Origin: Desulfobulbus propionicus DSM 2032
GTDB lineage: Bacteria; Desulfobacterota; Desulfobulbia; Desulfobulbales; Desulfobulbaceae
NCBI RefSeq assembly: GCF_000186885.1
Contig: NC_014972.1
Coordinates: 750,001 to 782,000, forward strand
Direction: 5' to 3'
DNA length: 32,000 nt
The translations under genes and the position numbers were made by a program. The notes below the pieces were generated by a model. It searched no databases. It was not told the DNA's origin and saw nothing but the letters and a program-made list of their open reading frames with translations. Numbering within the stretch: position 1 is the first letter of the stretch; every line of letters begins with the position of its first letter. This document shows positions 19,524-28,165 of the stretch, in pieces.

Positions 19524-20136
19524 AGTGATCAACCTCTGCTTCCAGGACCGAGGCCCCTATTCGTTCCGCATCGACGGTGGAGAATGCGTGGGCTTGCAGG
19601 GCGCATCCGGGGCAGGCAAGAGTTTGTTGCTACGGGCCATCGTCGACCTCGATCCGCGGACCGGGAAACTGCGTCTGGGCGGCATCGATGCCGACAGGGT
19701 GCCCGCGCCCCAGTGGCGACGGTTGGTGGGACTGCTGCCGGCGGAAAGCGGTTGGTGGCTCGATCGGGTTGGCGAGCATTTTGCCGATTTCCGTTCGGTC
19801 GACGACGCCATCCTGGCAGCGGTCGGTTTTGACCGTTCGGTCGGGAACTGGCAGGTCAGCCGGCTCTCCACCGGCGAGCGGCAGCGGCTGGCCATCGTCC
19901 GTTTGCTGGCCAACGGCCCGCAGTGCCTGCTGCTCGATGAACCAACCGCCAGTCTCGACCCCGGATCGGTGGCCAATGTCGAGGCCTTGCTGTTGAACCA
20001 CTGCGGGGCGCGTCAGGCGTCGTTGCTGTGGGTCAGTCACGATCCGGACCAGCTGGCACGGGTCAGCCGACGGCGTCTGATCATGGAACGCGGCGGTCGT
20101 CTTGTTGACGCGGGAGCCCCGGCCGATGCACGTTAA
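19510..20136 (+). CDS. ABC transporter ATP-binding protein, FetA/YbbL-like
   Basis: Walker A GASGAGKSLL, signature RLSTGERQRLA, Walker B CLLLDEPTASLD; adjacent to a FetB-like permease. Confidence 0.88.
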   Translation: MPDLEVINLCFQDRGPYSFRIDGGECVGLQGASGAGKSLLLRAIVDLDPRTGKLRLGGIDADRVPAPQWRRLVGLLPAESGWWLDRVGEHFADFRSVDDAILAAVGFDRSVGNWQVSRLSTGERQRLAIVRLLANGPQCLLLDEPTASLDPGSVANVEALLLNHCGARQASLLWVSHDPDQLARVSRRRLIMERGGRLVDAGAPADAR

Positions 20137-20941
20137 GCCCCTTTCTCCCCTCGATCTGACCCTGGCGGCCTCGCTGCTTCTCCTTCTCGGAATCCTGTCC
20201 TGGCGGCTGCGGTTGGGGTTGAGTAAAAATCTGGCCATTGCCGCCGCGCGTACCACGGTGCAGCTGCTGCTTATCGGCCATGTGCTCAAGCTGCTGTTTG
20301 CCCACGTGCATATCGTCTACATGGCGCTCATCTCCCTGGTGATGCTGGCCGCGGCCGGACGCGAGGTGATGGCCCGCCAGCACCGATCGCTGCGAGGCAT
20401 CCAGGGCTGGCTGATTGGTTCCGGGGCCATGTTTCTTTCCTCGTTCACCGTCACCCTGCTGGCCCTGCTGGTGATTATCGGCAACGAGCCTTGGTATGCG
20501 CCGCAGTACGCCATTCCCCTGCTTGGCATGCTGCTGGGCAACACCATGAGCGGCGTGGCCCTGGCCATGGACCGGATGACCGAAACCCTGTGGCAGCAAC
20601 GCAGGGTTATTGAACAGCGGTTGCTGCTGGGGCAGACCGCCGCCGAGGCGGCGAGCGAGATCCGCCGTCAGGCTATCCGGGCCGGCATGATGCCGAACCT
20701 CAATTCCATGGCCACCGCCGGGCTGGTCAGTCTGCCCGGAATGATGACCGGTCAGATCCTGGGCGGTTCCAGCCCCATGGATGCGGTGCACTACCAGATC
20801 CTGATCATGTTCCTCATCTGTGCCGGCACCGGTTTCGGTATTGTGGCCGCCATCCGCGGCGTGGAGCGACGGCTGTTTGACGCCCGCCATCGTCTCCGGC
20901 TCGACGTCCTGCACACCACGGGAGAAGGAGGCGAGCCATGA
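20126..20941 (+). CDS. FetB/YbbM-like (UPF0014) ABC permease
   Basis: Multi-TM; ARTTVQLLLIGHVL, IPLLGMLLGNTMSGVALAMDR, MMPNLNSMATAGLVSLPGMMTGQILGGSSPMDAVHYQI. Confidence 0.9.
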   Translation: MHVKPLSPLDLTLAASLLLLLGILSWRLRLGLSKNLAIAAARTTVQLLLIGHVLKLLFAHVHIVYMALISLVMLAAAGREVMARQHRSLRGIQGWLIGSGAMFLSSFTVTLLALLVIIGNEPWYAPQYAIPLLGMLLGNTMSGVALAMDRMTETLWQQRRVIEQRLLLGQTAAEAASEIRRQAIRAGMMPNLNSMATAGLVSLPGMMTGQILGGSSPMDAVHYQILIMFLICAGTGFGIVAAIRGVERRLFDARHRLRLDVLHTTGEGGEP

Positions 20942-22746
20942 ACCCTGATGCGCCCTGGCGAAAAAGAGGTGCCATGGAACGATGTTGGCTCGACAACGGA
21001 ACCCGGGTGCCGCTCAAGATCGCCGGGATTTATCTGGTCGTGGCCGTGCTCTGGGTACTCTTCTCCGATCAGTTGGTTTCGTTCTTCGCCCGTGACCCGG
21101 AGATACTGACAGAGTTGCAGACCGTCAAGGGTTGGTTGTTTGTCGGCGGGACGGCGCTGTTCATCTTTGTCCTGCTCCGCAGGGAGTTGGCCGTGTATCA
21201 GGCGACCATGGACCAGCTGCGGCAAAACGAGCAGGCCCTGCGCGATATCCTTGATGCCATGCCCGTGGGGGTGGCCTTGACCGACGGAACGACCATCGAA
21301 TACATCAATGTCAATTTTTCCGAGCGCTTTGGCTACAGTCTCGATGAGATAGCCACCGATGAGCAATGGTTTCTCCACGCCTACCCCGAGCCGGATTACC
21401 GGGAGCCAATGATCGCCGCCTGGAAGGCGGAACTGGAGCGAGCGAGGACGCAGGGTACTCCCATTCGCCCCTTTGAGGTCAAGGTGACCTGCAAGAATGG
21501 CACGGTCCGGCAGGTTATCGCCAACACCCAGCTGATCGGCAAGCGGATCATGGTCATCCTCACCGATATCACCGAGCGGGAACTGCTGCAAAACGAACTG
21601 ATCAAGATGCAAAAACTGGAATCCATCGGTGTGCTGGCCGGTGGCATTGCCCACGATTTTAACAATATTCTCACCGGGATCATGGGTAATATCTCCTATG
21701 CCCAGGTACTGCTCGAACCGGGCCATCCCGCCTGTCAACCACTGGCTTCTGCGGAACAGGCCACGATCCGGGCAGCCGACCTGACCCGACAACTGCTGAC
21801 TTTTGCCCGCGGCGGCGAGCCGATCAAGCAGGTGGTCTCGGTCGCCGAGCTGATCAAGGAGGCCATGGCCCTGATGCTGCGCGGATCAACGGTCAAGGGA
21901 GAGACTCGATTCGACGTCGGTCTCTGGGCGATCGAGGCCGATGCGGGCCAGATCTCCCAGGTGTTCAACAACATGATCATCAACGCAGTTCAGGCGATGC
22001 CGCAGGGGGGCACCTTGACCATCGCCGCCGACAACGAGCTGATCGCCGAAGATTCGCCGCTTTCCCTGCCAACGGGACGGTATGTCCGCGTCACCATCGC
22101 CGACGAGGGATGCGGAATGGAGCCGGACGTCATGGGACGCATCTTTGATCCCTATTTCAGCACCAAGGGCACGGGCAGCGGCCTGGGCCTTGCTTCGGCC
22201 TACTCGATCGTCACCCGGCATGCGGGGGCGCTGGAAGTCGATTCCGTCGTCGGCCAGGGAACGACGTTCACCCTTCACCTGCCAGCAAGCGACACGCAGC
22301 CGTTGTCGGAGGCGGTGGCTCCCCCGGCGATGTCCCGGGCCGCTGGCAACGGTGAATCTCCGCTGGTGCTCGTCATGGACGACGAGGAGGCCATCCGCGA
22401 CCTCGCCGCGTCGATGCTGACCCATTTGGGCTACCAGGTCGCGACCTGCGGCGATGGCGAATCCGCGGTCCGGCTCTACGAGGCGGCCCTCGCAGCCGGC
22501 GCCCCGTATGCCGCGGTGATCATGGATCTGACCATACCGGGCGGCATGGGCGGCAAGGAAGCCGCCAGGCAGATTCTGGCTCGTCATGCCGAGGCTCGTC
22601 TGATCGTCTCCAGTGGGTATTCCCATGACCCGATCATGTCGGACTATCGCCTCCATGGCTTTCAAGGTGTCCTGGCCAAACCCTATAAAGTGGCGGAATT
22701 GGCACGGCTACTCGCAGCGGTGCTCGCCGAGGAACAAACGCCCTGA
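20938..22746 (+). CDS. Hybrid histidine kinase: TM + PAS + HisKA + HATPase + receiver
   Basis: Two TM segments, PAS (AMPVGVALTDGTTIEYINVNFSERFGY), GGIAHDFNNILTGIMGNIS, NMIINAVQAMP, GTGSGLGLASAY, receiver VLVMDDEEAIRDLAASML...VIMDLTIPGGMGGKEAARQI. Confidence 0.93.
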   Translation: MNPDAPWRKRGAMERCWLDNGTRVPLKIAGIYLVVAVLWVLFSDQLVSFFARDPEILTELQTVKGWLFVGGTALFIFVLLRRELAVYQATMDQLRQNEQALRDILDAMPVGVALTDGTTIEYINVNFSERFGYSLDEIATDEQWFLHAYPEPDYREPMIAAWKAELERARTQGTPIRPFEVKVTCKNGTVRQVIANTQLIGKRIMVILTDITERELLQNELIKMQKLESIGVLAGGIAHDFNNILTGIMGNISYAQVLLEPGHPACQPLASAEQATIRAADLTRQLLTFARGGEPIKQVVSVAELIKEAMALMLRGSTVKGETRFDVGLWAIEADAGQISQVFNNMIINAVQAMPQGGTLTIAADNELIAEDSPLSLPTGRYVRVTIADEGCGMEPDVMGRIFDPYFSTKGTGSGLGLASAYSIVTRHAGALEVDSVVGQGTTFTLHLPASDTQPLSEAVAPPAMSRAAGNGESPLVLVMDDEEAIRDLAASMLTHLGYQVATCGDGESAVRLYEAALAAGAPYAAVIMDLTIPGGMGGKEAARQILARHAEARLIVSSGYSHDPIMSDYRLHGFQGVLAKPYKVAELARLLAAVLAEEQTP

Positions 22747-22868
22747 GAAAAGGGGGGGATGCGGCGCGCATGCCACCTGCCGCGAAGGATGAAGAATTTT
22801 GCCGTATCGTTGGAGTTCGTGCCGGTCCACGCACTCAATGGTTGAACCCCAAGAGAGGAGTGCTTCGG

Positions 22869-24059
22869 ATGGGTATGGTTCATGAGATCAGGGAGCGCTT
22901 TCCCCCGATCATCTTTCTGCTTGCCTTGCTGTCGGCCTTTCCGCCGCTGGCCACCGATATGTATTTGCCGGCCCTGCCGTTGCTGCAGCACGAACTGCAA
23001 GCGCAGGCCAGCACGATCAACCTGACCTTGGTCGCCTTTTTCATGGCCTACTGCGGTTGCCTGCTGATCTACGGGCCGCTGTCCGACCGCTACGGCCGCA
23101 AACCGCCGCTGTTGGTCGGGGTAACCATGTTCATCCTCGCCTGTCTGGTCTGCGCTTTTTCCTCCAGTGCGCCGGTGATGATTTTTGGGAGGTTTCTTCA
23201 GGGCGCGGGCGCGGCGGCAGCCTCGGCGATTGTCTTCGCCATCAGCAAGGACCGGTTTTCCGGGCAGCAGCGGCAGCGGGTGTTCATTCATATCGGGGTC
23301 ATCGTGGCCACCGCGCCGATGGTCGCTCCCATTGCCGGCGGCTGGATCATCAAATTACTCACCTGGCGGTGGATCTTCATTCTTCAGACCCTGCTCGGGG
23401 CCATCGCCTTTGCCGGCGTCCTCGCCATGCGGGAATCCCTGCGGCCGCGGACACCTCCCTCATTGCGCGAAGTCGCGTTCAGCTATTTGCGCCTGATGGG
23501 TAACCGCCGCTATTTTTCCCTGCTGCTGACGGTTTCCTTGACCTGTGTGCCGGTGTTCGCCTTTATCGGCGGCTCCTCGGAAATCTATATCACCCGCTTC
23601 GGCTACAACGAGCAGCAATTCGGCTACTTCTTCGGCTTCAACGCCCTGGCCTTTGTCCTCGCCCCCCTGGCCTTCGCCCGAGTGAACCGCCGGTATTCGA
23701 TTACCCGCCTGATGCCGTGGGCCTTTGGCGGCATGCTCCTCGCCTCGTTGCTGCTGCTGAACCCCTGGCTGCCGATCCCCTGGCGCCTGACCCTGCCCAT
23801 GTTCGCTCTGACCTTCTGTTTTTCCTTTTGCCGGCCGGCAGGTAATAATCTGATCCTGGAGCAGGTGGACCGGGATACCGGTGCCGCCTCGTCGCTGATG
23901 GTCTTTTTTTATTTTTTTATCGGCGCGCTGGCGATGTGGTTTCTTTCCTTCGCCTGGGAAGACAAAGTCGTGGTTCTGGGCTGGATGGGGGTGGGTTCGG
24001 TGACCAGCACCCTGTTGCTGTGGCAGGCGGTGAAGCGACGGATACGGACCCTGCCCTGA
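22869..24059 (+). CDS. Bcr/CflA-type MFS drug-resistance transporter
   Basis: ~396 aa, ~12 TM; ATDMYLPALP near N terminus, GPLSDRYGRKPPLL, GRFLQGAGAAAAS, APMVAPIAGGWI; GAGAGGAG RBS before ATG 22869. Confidence 0.9.
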   Translation: MGMVHEIRERFPPIIFLLALLSAFPPLATDMYLPALPLLQHELQAQASTINLTLVAFFMAYCGCLLIYGPLSDRYGRKPPLLVGVTMFILACLVCAFSSSAPVMIFGRFLQGAGAAAASAIVFAISKDRFSGQQRQRVFIHIGVIVATAPMVAPIAGGWIIKLLTWRWIFILQTLLGAIAFAGVLAMRESLRPRTPPSLREVAFSYLRLMGNRRYFSLLLTVSLTCVPVFAFIGGSSEIYITRFGYNEQQFGYFFGFNALAFVLAPLAFARVNRRYSITRLMPWAFGGMLLASLLLLNPWLPIPWRLTLPMFALTFCFSFCRPAGNNLILEQVDRDTGAASSLMVFFYFFIGALAMWFLSFAWEDKVVVLGWMGVGSVTSTLLLWQAVKRRIRTLP

Positions 24060-24080
24060 TTGGAGGGGATGTCCGCGTTC

Positions 24081-25406
24081 TCAGCTGTCGCCGATGAACA
24101 TCTGGGTGGTCAGATCCCAGCAGGTGACGATGCCGTTGCGCCATTTGGCCAGCTGCACATTGCCGTCCTGAGAGACGACGATGGCCATGACATCGTGGAG
24201 GGCGTTGCACAGGTGGTAGACGGAACGGTGGCGCGAGCCATATCCCTCGATCTTGGCGAGGGTCAGGATTTTGCCCTCGACATCGCTGGCGATGGCAACC
24301 TCGGTCAATTTGTCGAGCGAGCCGACGATCATGGCGCCGAATCCCAAAGGCCCTCGGCTGCAGGTCACCACCGCGCCATCGACCGAGGCTAGGCTGGCCA
24401 CGAACTGGGCATGCTCGTACAGCGCCTCTTCCAGGTCGTAGACCGCTGATTCATGACGCAGGTCGACGTAATCCTTCCAGGTGACGATCTTGTCCGGATC
24501 GTTGATGTCGCCCAAGGCGGTGGTCGCCAGCCGGATGGTCCTGATCATCAACTGCTGCTGTCGGCGAATGGCTTCATCGTTGTGAAAACGATATTTCATC
24601 AGGATAAACGGATTATCGCCCGAGAGTTCAGGCGGGTTGTCGTTGGCAAAAATGATGAAGGTGCCACCATGCCGATTCATCCGGGTGACGCTGATCACCC
24701 GTTTGAGCAGCTGAAATTGCAGGCTTTCGATGAACTCGTCCTGAATTTTGGCCACCGGGTAGAGCACGCTGGCCCGGAACACCTCGTGCATCTCGAGCAG
24801 GTTCTCGCGCGCCGGGGCAAAGAGCTTGTTGATCCATTTGGACTGGAAGGCATTGGCGGTGGAATCCAGCAACCGGCCGCCGTTGAGGGTGGCGATGATC
24901 TTCAGCCCGCGGCAGATGGTCAGCATGCCAGGACCGGTCACATGCACCACGAAGGTATCGGGCAGTTGATTGGTTTTCTTGTTTCCCCCGCGTTCCTGCT
25001 GCAACCAGCGAATACCGGAATTGACGAGGCCCCAGATCTGGAACCCCTTGTCCGGATGCGGCTCGATGGCCACCAGCGACCGCTCGAAGTCCACGGCCGG
25101 CGACAGGCGGCGCAATTCGTATTCATTGAACGGCCGGGCGGGCGCGAACAGCAGACGGTGAAATCCCTTGGGCGGCCCCTGGTCGGACGGAAAAAGATCG
25201 GGCGCGGCCAGAATCAGCCGCAGGGTGACCGGCCGGTCTTCCTCGCGCATCATGCTGACCTGATAGCAGGTGGAGATCAGCTGTTCCAGGGCCGCCTTGC
25301 CCGGGAGGTTGTCGGGGAGCTGTTCACCGTCGCTTTCCGCCGAAGAGGGCTGGCCATTCCATCGCTGGGTGATCAGGGCGACAAGTTCGGCGGGATAGAC
25401 ATGCAT
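24081..25406 (-). CDS. DACNV-type sensor domain / DisA-like (DAC) nucleotide-cyclase-related protein
   Basis: 441 aa; C-terminal ASVDGAVVTCSRGPLGFGAMIVG ... GYGSRHRSVYHLCNALHDVMAIVVSQDGNVQLAKWRNG, parallel to the DAC-domain DGA and GTRHRA motifs. Confidence 0.7.
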   Translation of the reverse strand: MHVYPAELVALITQRWNGQPSSAESDGEQLPDNLPGKAALEQLISTCYQVSMMREEDRPVTLRLILAAPDLFPSDQGPPKGFHRLLFAPARPFNEYELRRLSPAVDFERSLVAIEPHPDKGFQIWGLVNSGIRWLQQERGGNKKTNQLPDTFVVHVTGPGMLTICRGLKIIATLNGGRLLDSTANAFQSKWINKLFAPARENLLEMHEVFRASVLYPVAKIQDEFIESLQFQLLKRVISVTRMNRHGGTFIIFANDNPPELSGDNPFILMKYRFHNDEAIRRQQQLMIRTIRLATTALGDINDPDKIVTWKDYVDLRHESAVYDLEEALYEHAQFVASLASVDGAVVTCSRGPLGFGAMIVGSLDKLTEVAIASDVEGKILTLAKIEGYGSRHRSVYHLCNALHDVMAIVVSQDGNVQLAKWRNGIVTCWDLTTQMFIGDS

Positions 25407-25654
25407 AGACCGTACCGGGAAAGAAAAGGGGAAAGCGGGATGGACCGTACCGTAAAAACAAATAAAACCATGGCGGCTGGATTTTGTAAACTTCTTTTCC
25501 GGTCGTGTTTTCCACGGGATGCGCGGGGTCAGCCAAGGATGGGAAAAGGGTTGTGCTGAGAAGGCTTTTGCGGTAGTAGGGAGCCTTGCGGTAGGTGGGC
25601 CGGCCGCTTTGGGCGGCGGGATTTTTTATCGAGAAGGAAACAGCAGAGTTGGTC

Positions 25655-26713
25655 ATGAAAAACGGAGCACGAGAAACCCTGGCGGATGTCCGCATCCCCC
25701 TAGTCAAGGTCCCTGCCCATCCTGTTCGGCTGGAATTGCCGACCCAGGAGAAAGCGGCGCTGAAAGAACGAATCAAACTCCTGCTCAACGAGCAGAACGC
25801 GGTGCTGGTGGCCCATTACTACACCGACGGCGATCTTCAAGACCTGGCCGAGGAAACCGGCGGCTGTGTGGCCGATTCCCTGGAGATGGCCCGGTTCGGC
25901 ACCGAGCATCCGGCCCAGACTCTGGTGGTTGCCGGCGTACGGTTCATGGGGGAAACCTCCAAGATCCTCAACAACGAAAAGCGGGTGCTCATGCCCGACC
26001 TCGAAGCCACCTGCTCGTTGGACGAAAACTGTCCGATCGACCTCTTTGCCGATTTTTGTGATCGCCACCCCGAGCATACGGTGGTGGTCTACGCCAACAC
26101 CAGCGCCGAGGTCAAGGCCCGCTCCCACTGGGTGGTTACCTCGGGCATCGCCTTGCCGGTGATCAGGCACTTGGCGGAAAAGGGAGAGAAGATTCTTTGG
26201 GGGCCGGATCGCCACCTGGGCCGTTATGTGCAGCGATTGACCGGCGCGGAGATGCTCCTCTGGCCGGGATCCTGCGTGGTCCACGAGGAGTTCAAGGCCG
26301 ATGCCCTGCGGCAGCTGCGCGCGCTCCACCCGCAAGCCGCGGTCCTGGTGCATCCCGAATCACCCCAGGACGTGGTCGATCAGGCGGATGTGGTCGGCTC
26401 GACCACCGCACTGATTCAGGCGGTATGCACCCTGCCCAACAAGGAGTTCATTGTGGCCACCGATGCCGGCATCTTCAACAAGATGCGGCAACTGGCACCG
26501 GACAAGATCCTGCTCGGTGCCCCCACCGCCGGCGAGGGCGCCTCTTGCGAGAGCTGCGCCCGCTGTCCCTGGATGGAGATGAATACCCTGCAAAAATTGG
26601 CGCAGACGCTGGAAACCGGGGCCGGTGAAATTCACGTGGCGGCGGACTTGGCGGCCCGGGCCCGGGTCCCGATTCAACGGATGTTGGATTTTGCCAAGAC
26701 CCTGAAAAAATAG
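25655..26713 (+). CDS. nadA: Quinolinate synthase A
   Basis: [108 protein letters not shown]. Track ORF begins 25595; ATG 25655 (MKNGARETL) more likely. Confidence 0.95.
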   Translation: MKNGARETLADVRIPLVKVPAHPVRLELPTQEKAALKERIKLLLNEQNAVLVAHYYTDGDLQDLAEETGGCVADSLEMARFGTEHPAQTLVVAGVRFMGETSKILNNEKRVLMPDLEATCSLDENCPIDLFADFCDRHPEHTVVVYANTSAEVKARSHWVVTSGIALPVIRHLAEKGEKILWGPDRHLGRYVQRLTGAEMLLWPGSCVVHEEFKADALRQLRALHPQAAVLVHPESPQDVVDQADVVGSTTALIQAVCTLPNKEFIVATDAGIFNKMRQLAPDKILLGAPTAGEGASCESCARCPWMEMNTLQKLAQTLETGAGEIHVAADLAARARVPIQRMLDFAKTLKK

Positions 26714-26824
26714 CCCGACGGCTGGGATCGAGGCAGGAGTGCCGAGGTGGATGGCGGTGGTCCGAACGGGCTGCCAACACAGCGGCAATCCTGCCCGTGG
26801 GTCCGCTTGCGGGGAAAGCGCTTT

Positions 26825-27913
26825 TCAGGCGCCGATGGACTCGCGTGAAGGGCGGAAACAGCCGTGTGTCAGGTCGATCCCCTGGAGAAGGATGGCGGGG
26901 TCCTGGTAGAGGGTGCTGATCAGACCGTTTTGCCGACGGTTGATCAGCAGGCGGATGGGCACTTCCGGCAGGGTGAGCATTTCGTAGTCGGTGTCCGCGT
27001 CGCCAGCCACCAGCACCGGTGTGCCGTCGATCCACTGCTTGATGATCTCGGCCTTCCCCTCGCGGAAGGTGGTGGGGTAGGAAACGGGATCCTCGATGGT
27101 CAGATGTTGCTCGTCGTTCAGGCGGACGCGGATGCCGAAAATGTGGTCCGCCTCCACGGGAAATCCAAGGAGCTGCGCCGCCCCTTCCACCAGCCATTCG
27201 GTGCTGGCCGAAATCACATACCGGGCAATTCCCAGCTCCGCCAGGCGGTGCATTAAGGTCCGCATCTCGGGAAAGACATGGAGGCCGAGCGGGTAGCTGG
27301 CCTCGATGCGGCCGATCGGTTGTGGCGCGTCGGCATGCAATGTTTCCTCGACCAGCGGTTCTTCCCCTGCCACCCGGACCACTTCAACCGCCAGCTGGCG
27401 CAATTCGCCGATGGTGAAGCCCGCCAGCATCTTACCCATGAAGGGCAGCACATAGCGTGGTCCCAAACGGGCGTCCTTGCGCGCGCTGATGGTGAACCAT
27501 AACAGCAGGGTGGCGAACAACGGGTATGCAGGCAGGAGCCGGGCCTGTTCCTGGCGGCCGTCGACGATTAGCGGCCACAACTGCCGATAGGCGGTGCACA
27601 AGGTGGCGATGACCGCGTCCATCGGCCGGCCGGCCAGCTCGCCCTGGGGCGGCGGGAGGATGGCGGCCAGTTGCTCCGGAGTCAAGCGGTAGTGCAGATG
27701 TCGCACCTGGTAGCGAAATGCCGCCTGGCCGATATCGCGGAAAATGCAGGTGTTGTCAAAATCGAACACGGCCACCGGCTGGGCGAGGGAAGCGTGGGTC
27801 GCGATCTGGTGAAGACTACTGGTGATCCGCTCTCGATTTTCCGGGTACCAGTTGCCTTCCTCCAAGGAGATATCGGCCTTCTGCACCTGCATGGATGTGC
27901 CTGAAAATGTCAT
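26825..27913 (-). CDS. HAD superfamily phosphatase (SerB-like)
   Basis: VAVFDFDNTCIFRDIG (motif I), YVISASTEWLVE (motif II), KAEIIKQWI...PVLVAGDADTDYEML (motifs III/IV). Confidence 0.85.
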   Translation of the reverse strand: MTFSGTSMQVQKADISLEEGNWYPENRERITSSLHQIATHASLAQPVAVFDFDNTCIFRDIGQAAFRYQVRHLHYRLTPEQLAAILPPPQGELAGRPMDAVIATLCTAYRQLWPLIVDGRQEQARLLPAYPLFATLLLWFTISARKDARLGPRYVLPFMGKMLAGFTIGELRQLAVEVVRVAGEEPLVEETLHADAPQPIGRIEASYPLGLHVFPEMRTLMHRLAELGIARYVISASTEWLVEGAAQLLGFPVEADHIFGIRVRLNDEQHLTIEDPVSYPTTFREGKAEIIKQWIDGTPVLVAGDADTDYEMLTLPEVPIRLLINRRQNGLISTLYQDPAILLQGIDLTHGCFRPSRESIGA

Positions 27914-28107
27914 TGTTCGCGGGTTGGGGAAAAATCATGATCAGGCCGCCATCCGCAGCGGGAAAACAGCCGGTTGTGTCGGCTTATATACGATAAACCG
28001 CTGAAGAATGCATGAAGTATCTGTCCGGACAAAAGATCGGGCAGTATTTTTCGGCATCGCAGTGTGCAGCGCCGCCGAAGCGATCCACACCGCAAGGGAG
28101 CGGCAAC

Positions 28108-28148
28108 CCGCCCACCGTCGTTGGCATGACGGCAACGACGGTGGGCGG
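28108..28148 (-). repeat. Strong hairpin downstream of the sulP-like stop codon (possible terminator or REP-like element)
   Basis: Perfect 16-bp arms CCGCCCACCGTCGTTG / CAACGACGGTGGGCGG with a 9-nt loop; no U-tract on either side. Confidence 0.75.
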
Positions 28149-28165
28149 ACGAGGAGGCATGCCGT

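Noticed and set aside
24081-25406. Idea that the DAC-like gene is part of a CBASS/CRISPR-like defence system
   Set aside because: No adjacent effector, CRISPR array, SAVED/CARF domain or ubiquitin-like machinery; neighbours are an MFS transporter and nadA.
24453-25559. 368-aa plus-strand ORF opposite the DAC-like gene
   Set aside because: Same antisense signature; no domain-like pattern, and the minus frame has coherent hydrophobic patterning and catalytic motifs.
26475-27197. 240-aa minus-strand ORF overlapping the nadA end and HAD gene
   Set aside because: Overlaps two well-supported genes out of frame; Pro/Arg/Ser-rich composition without domain features.
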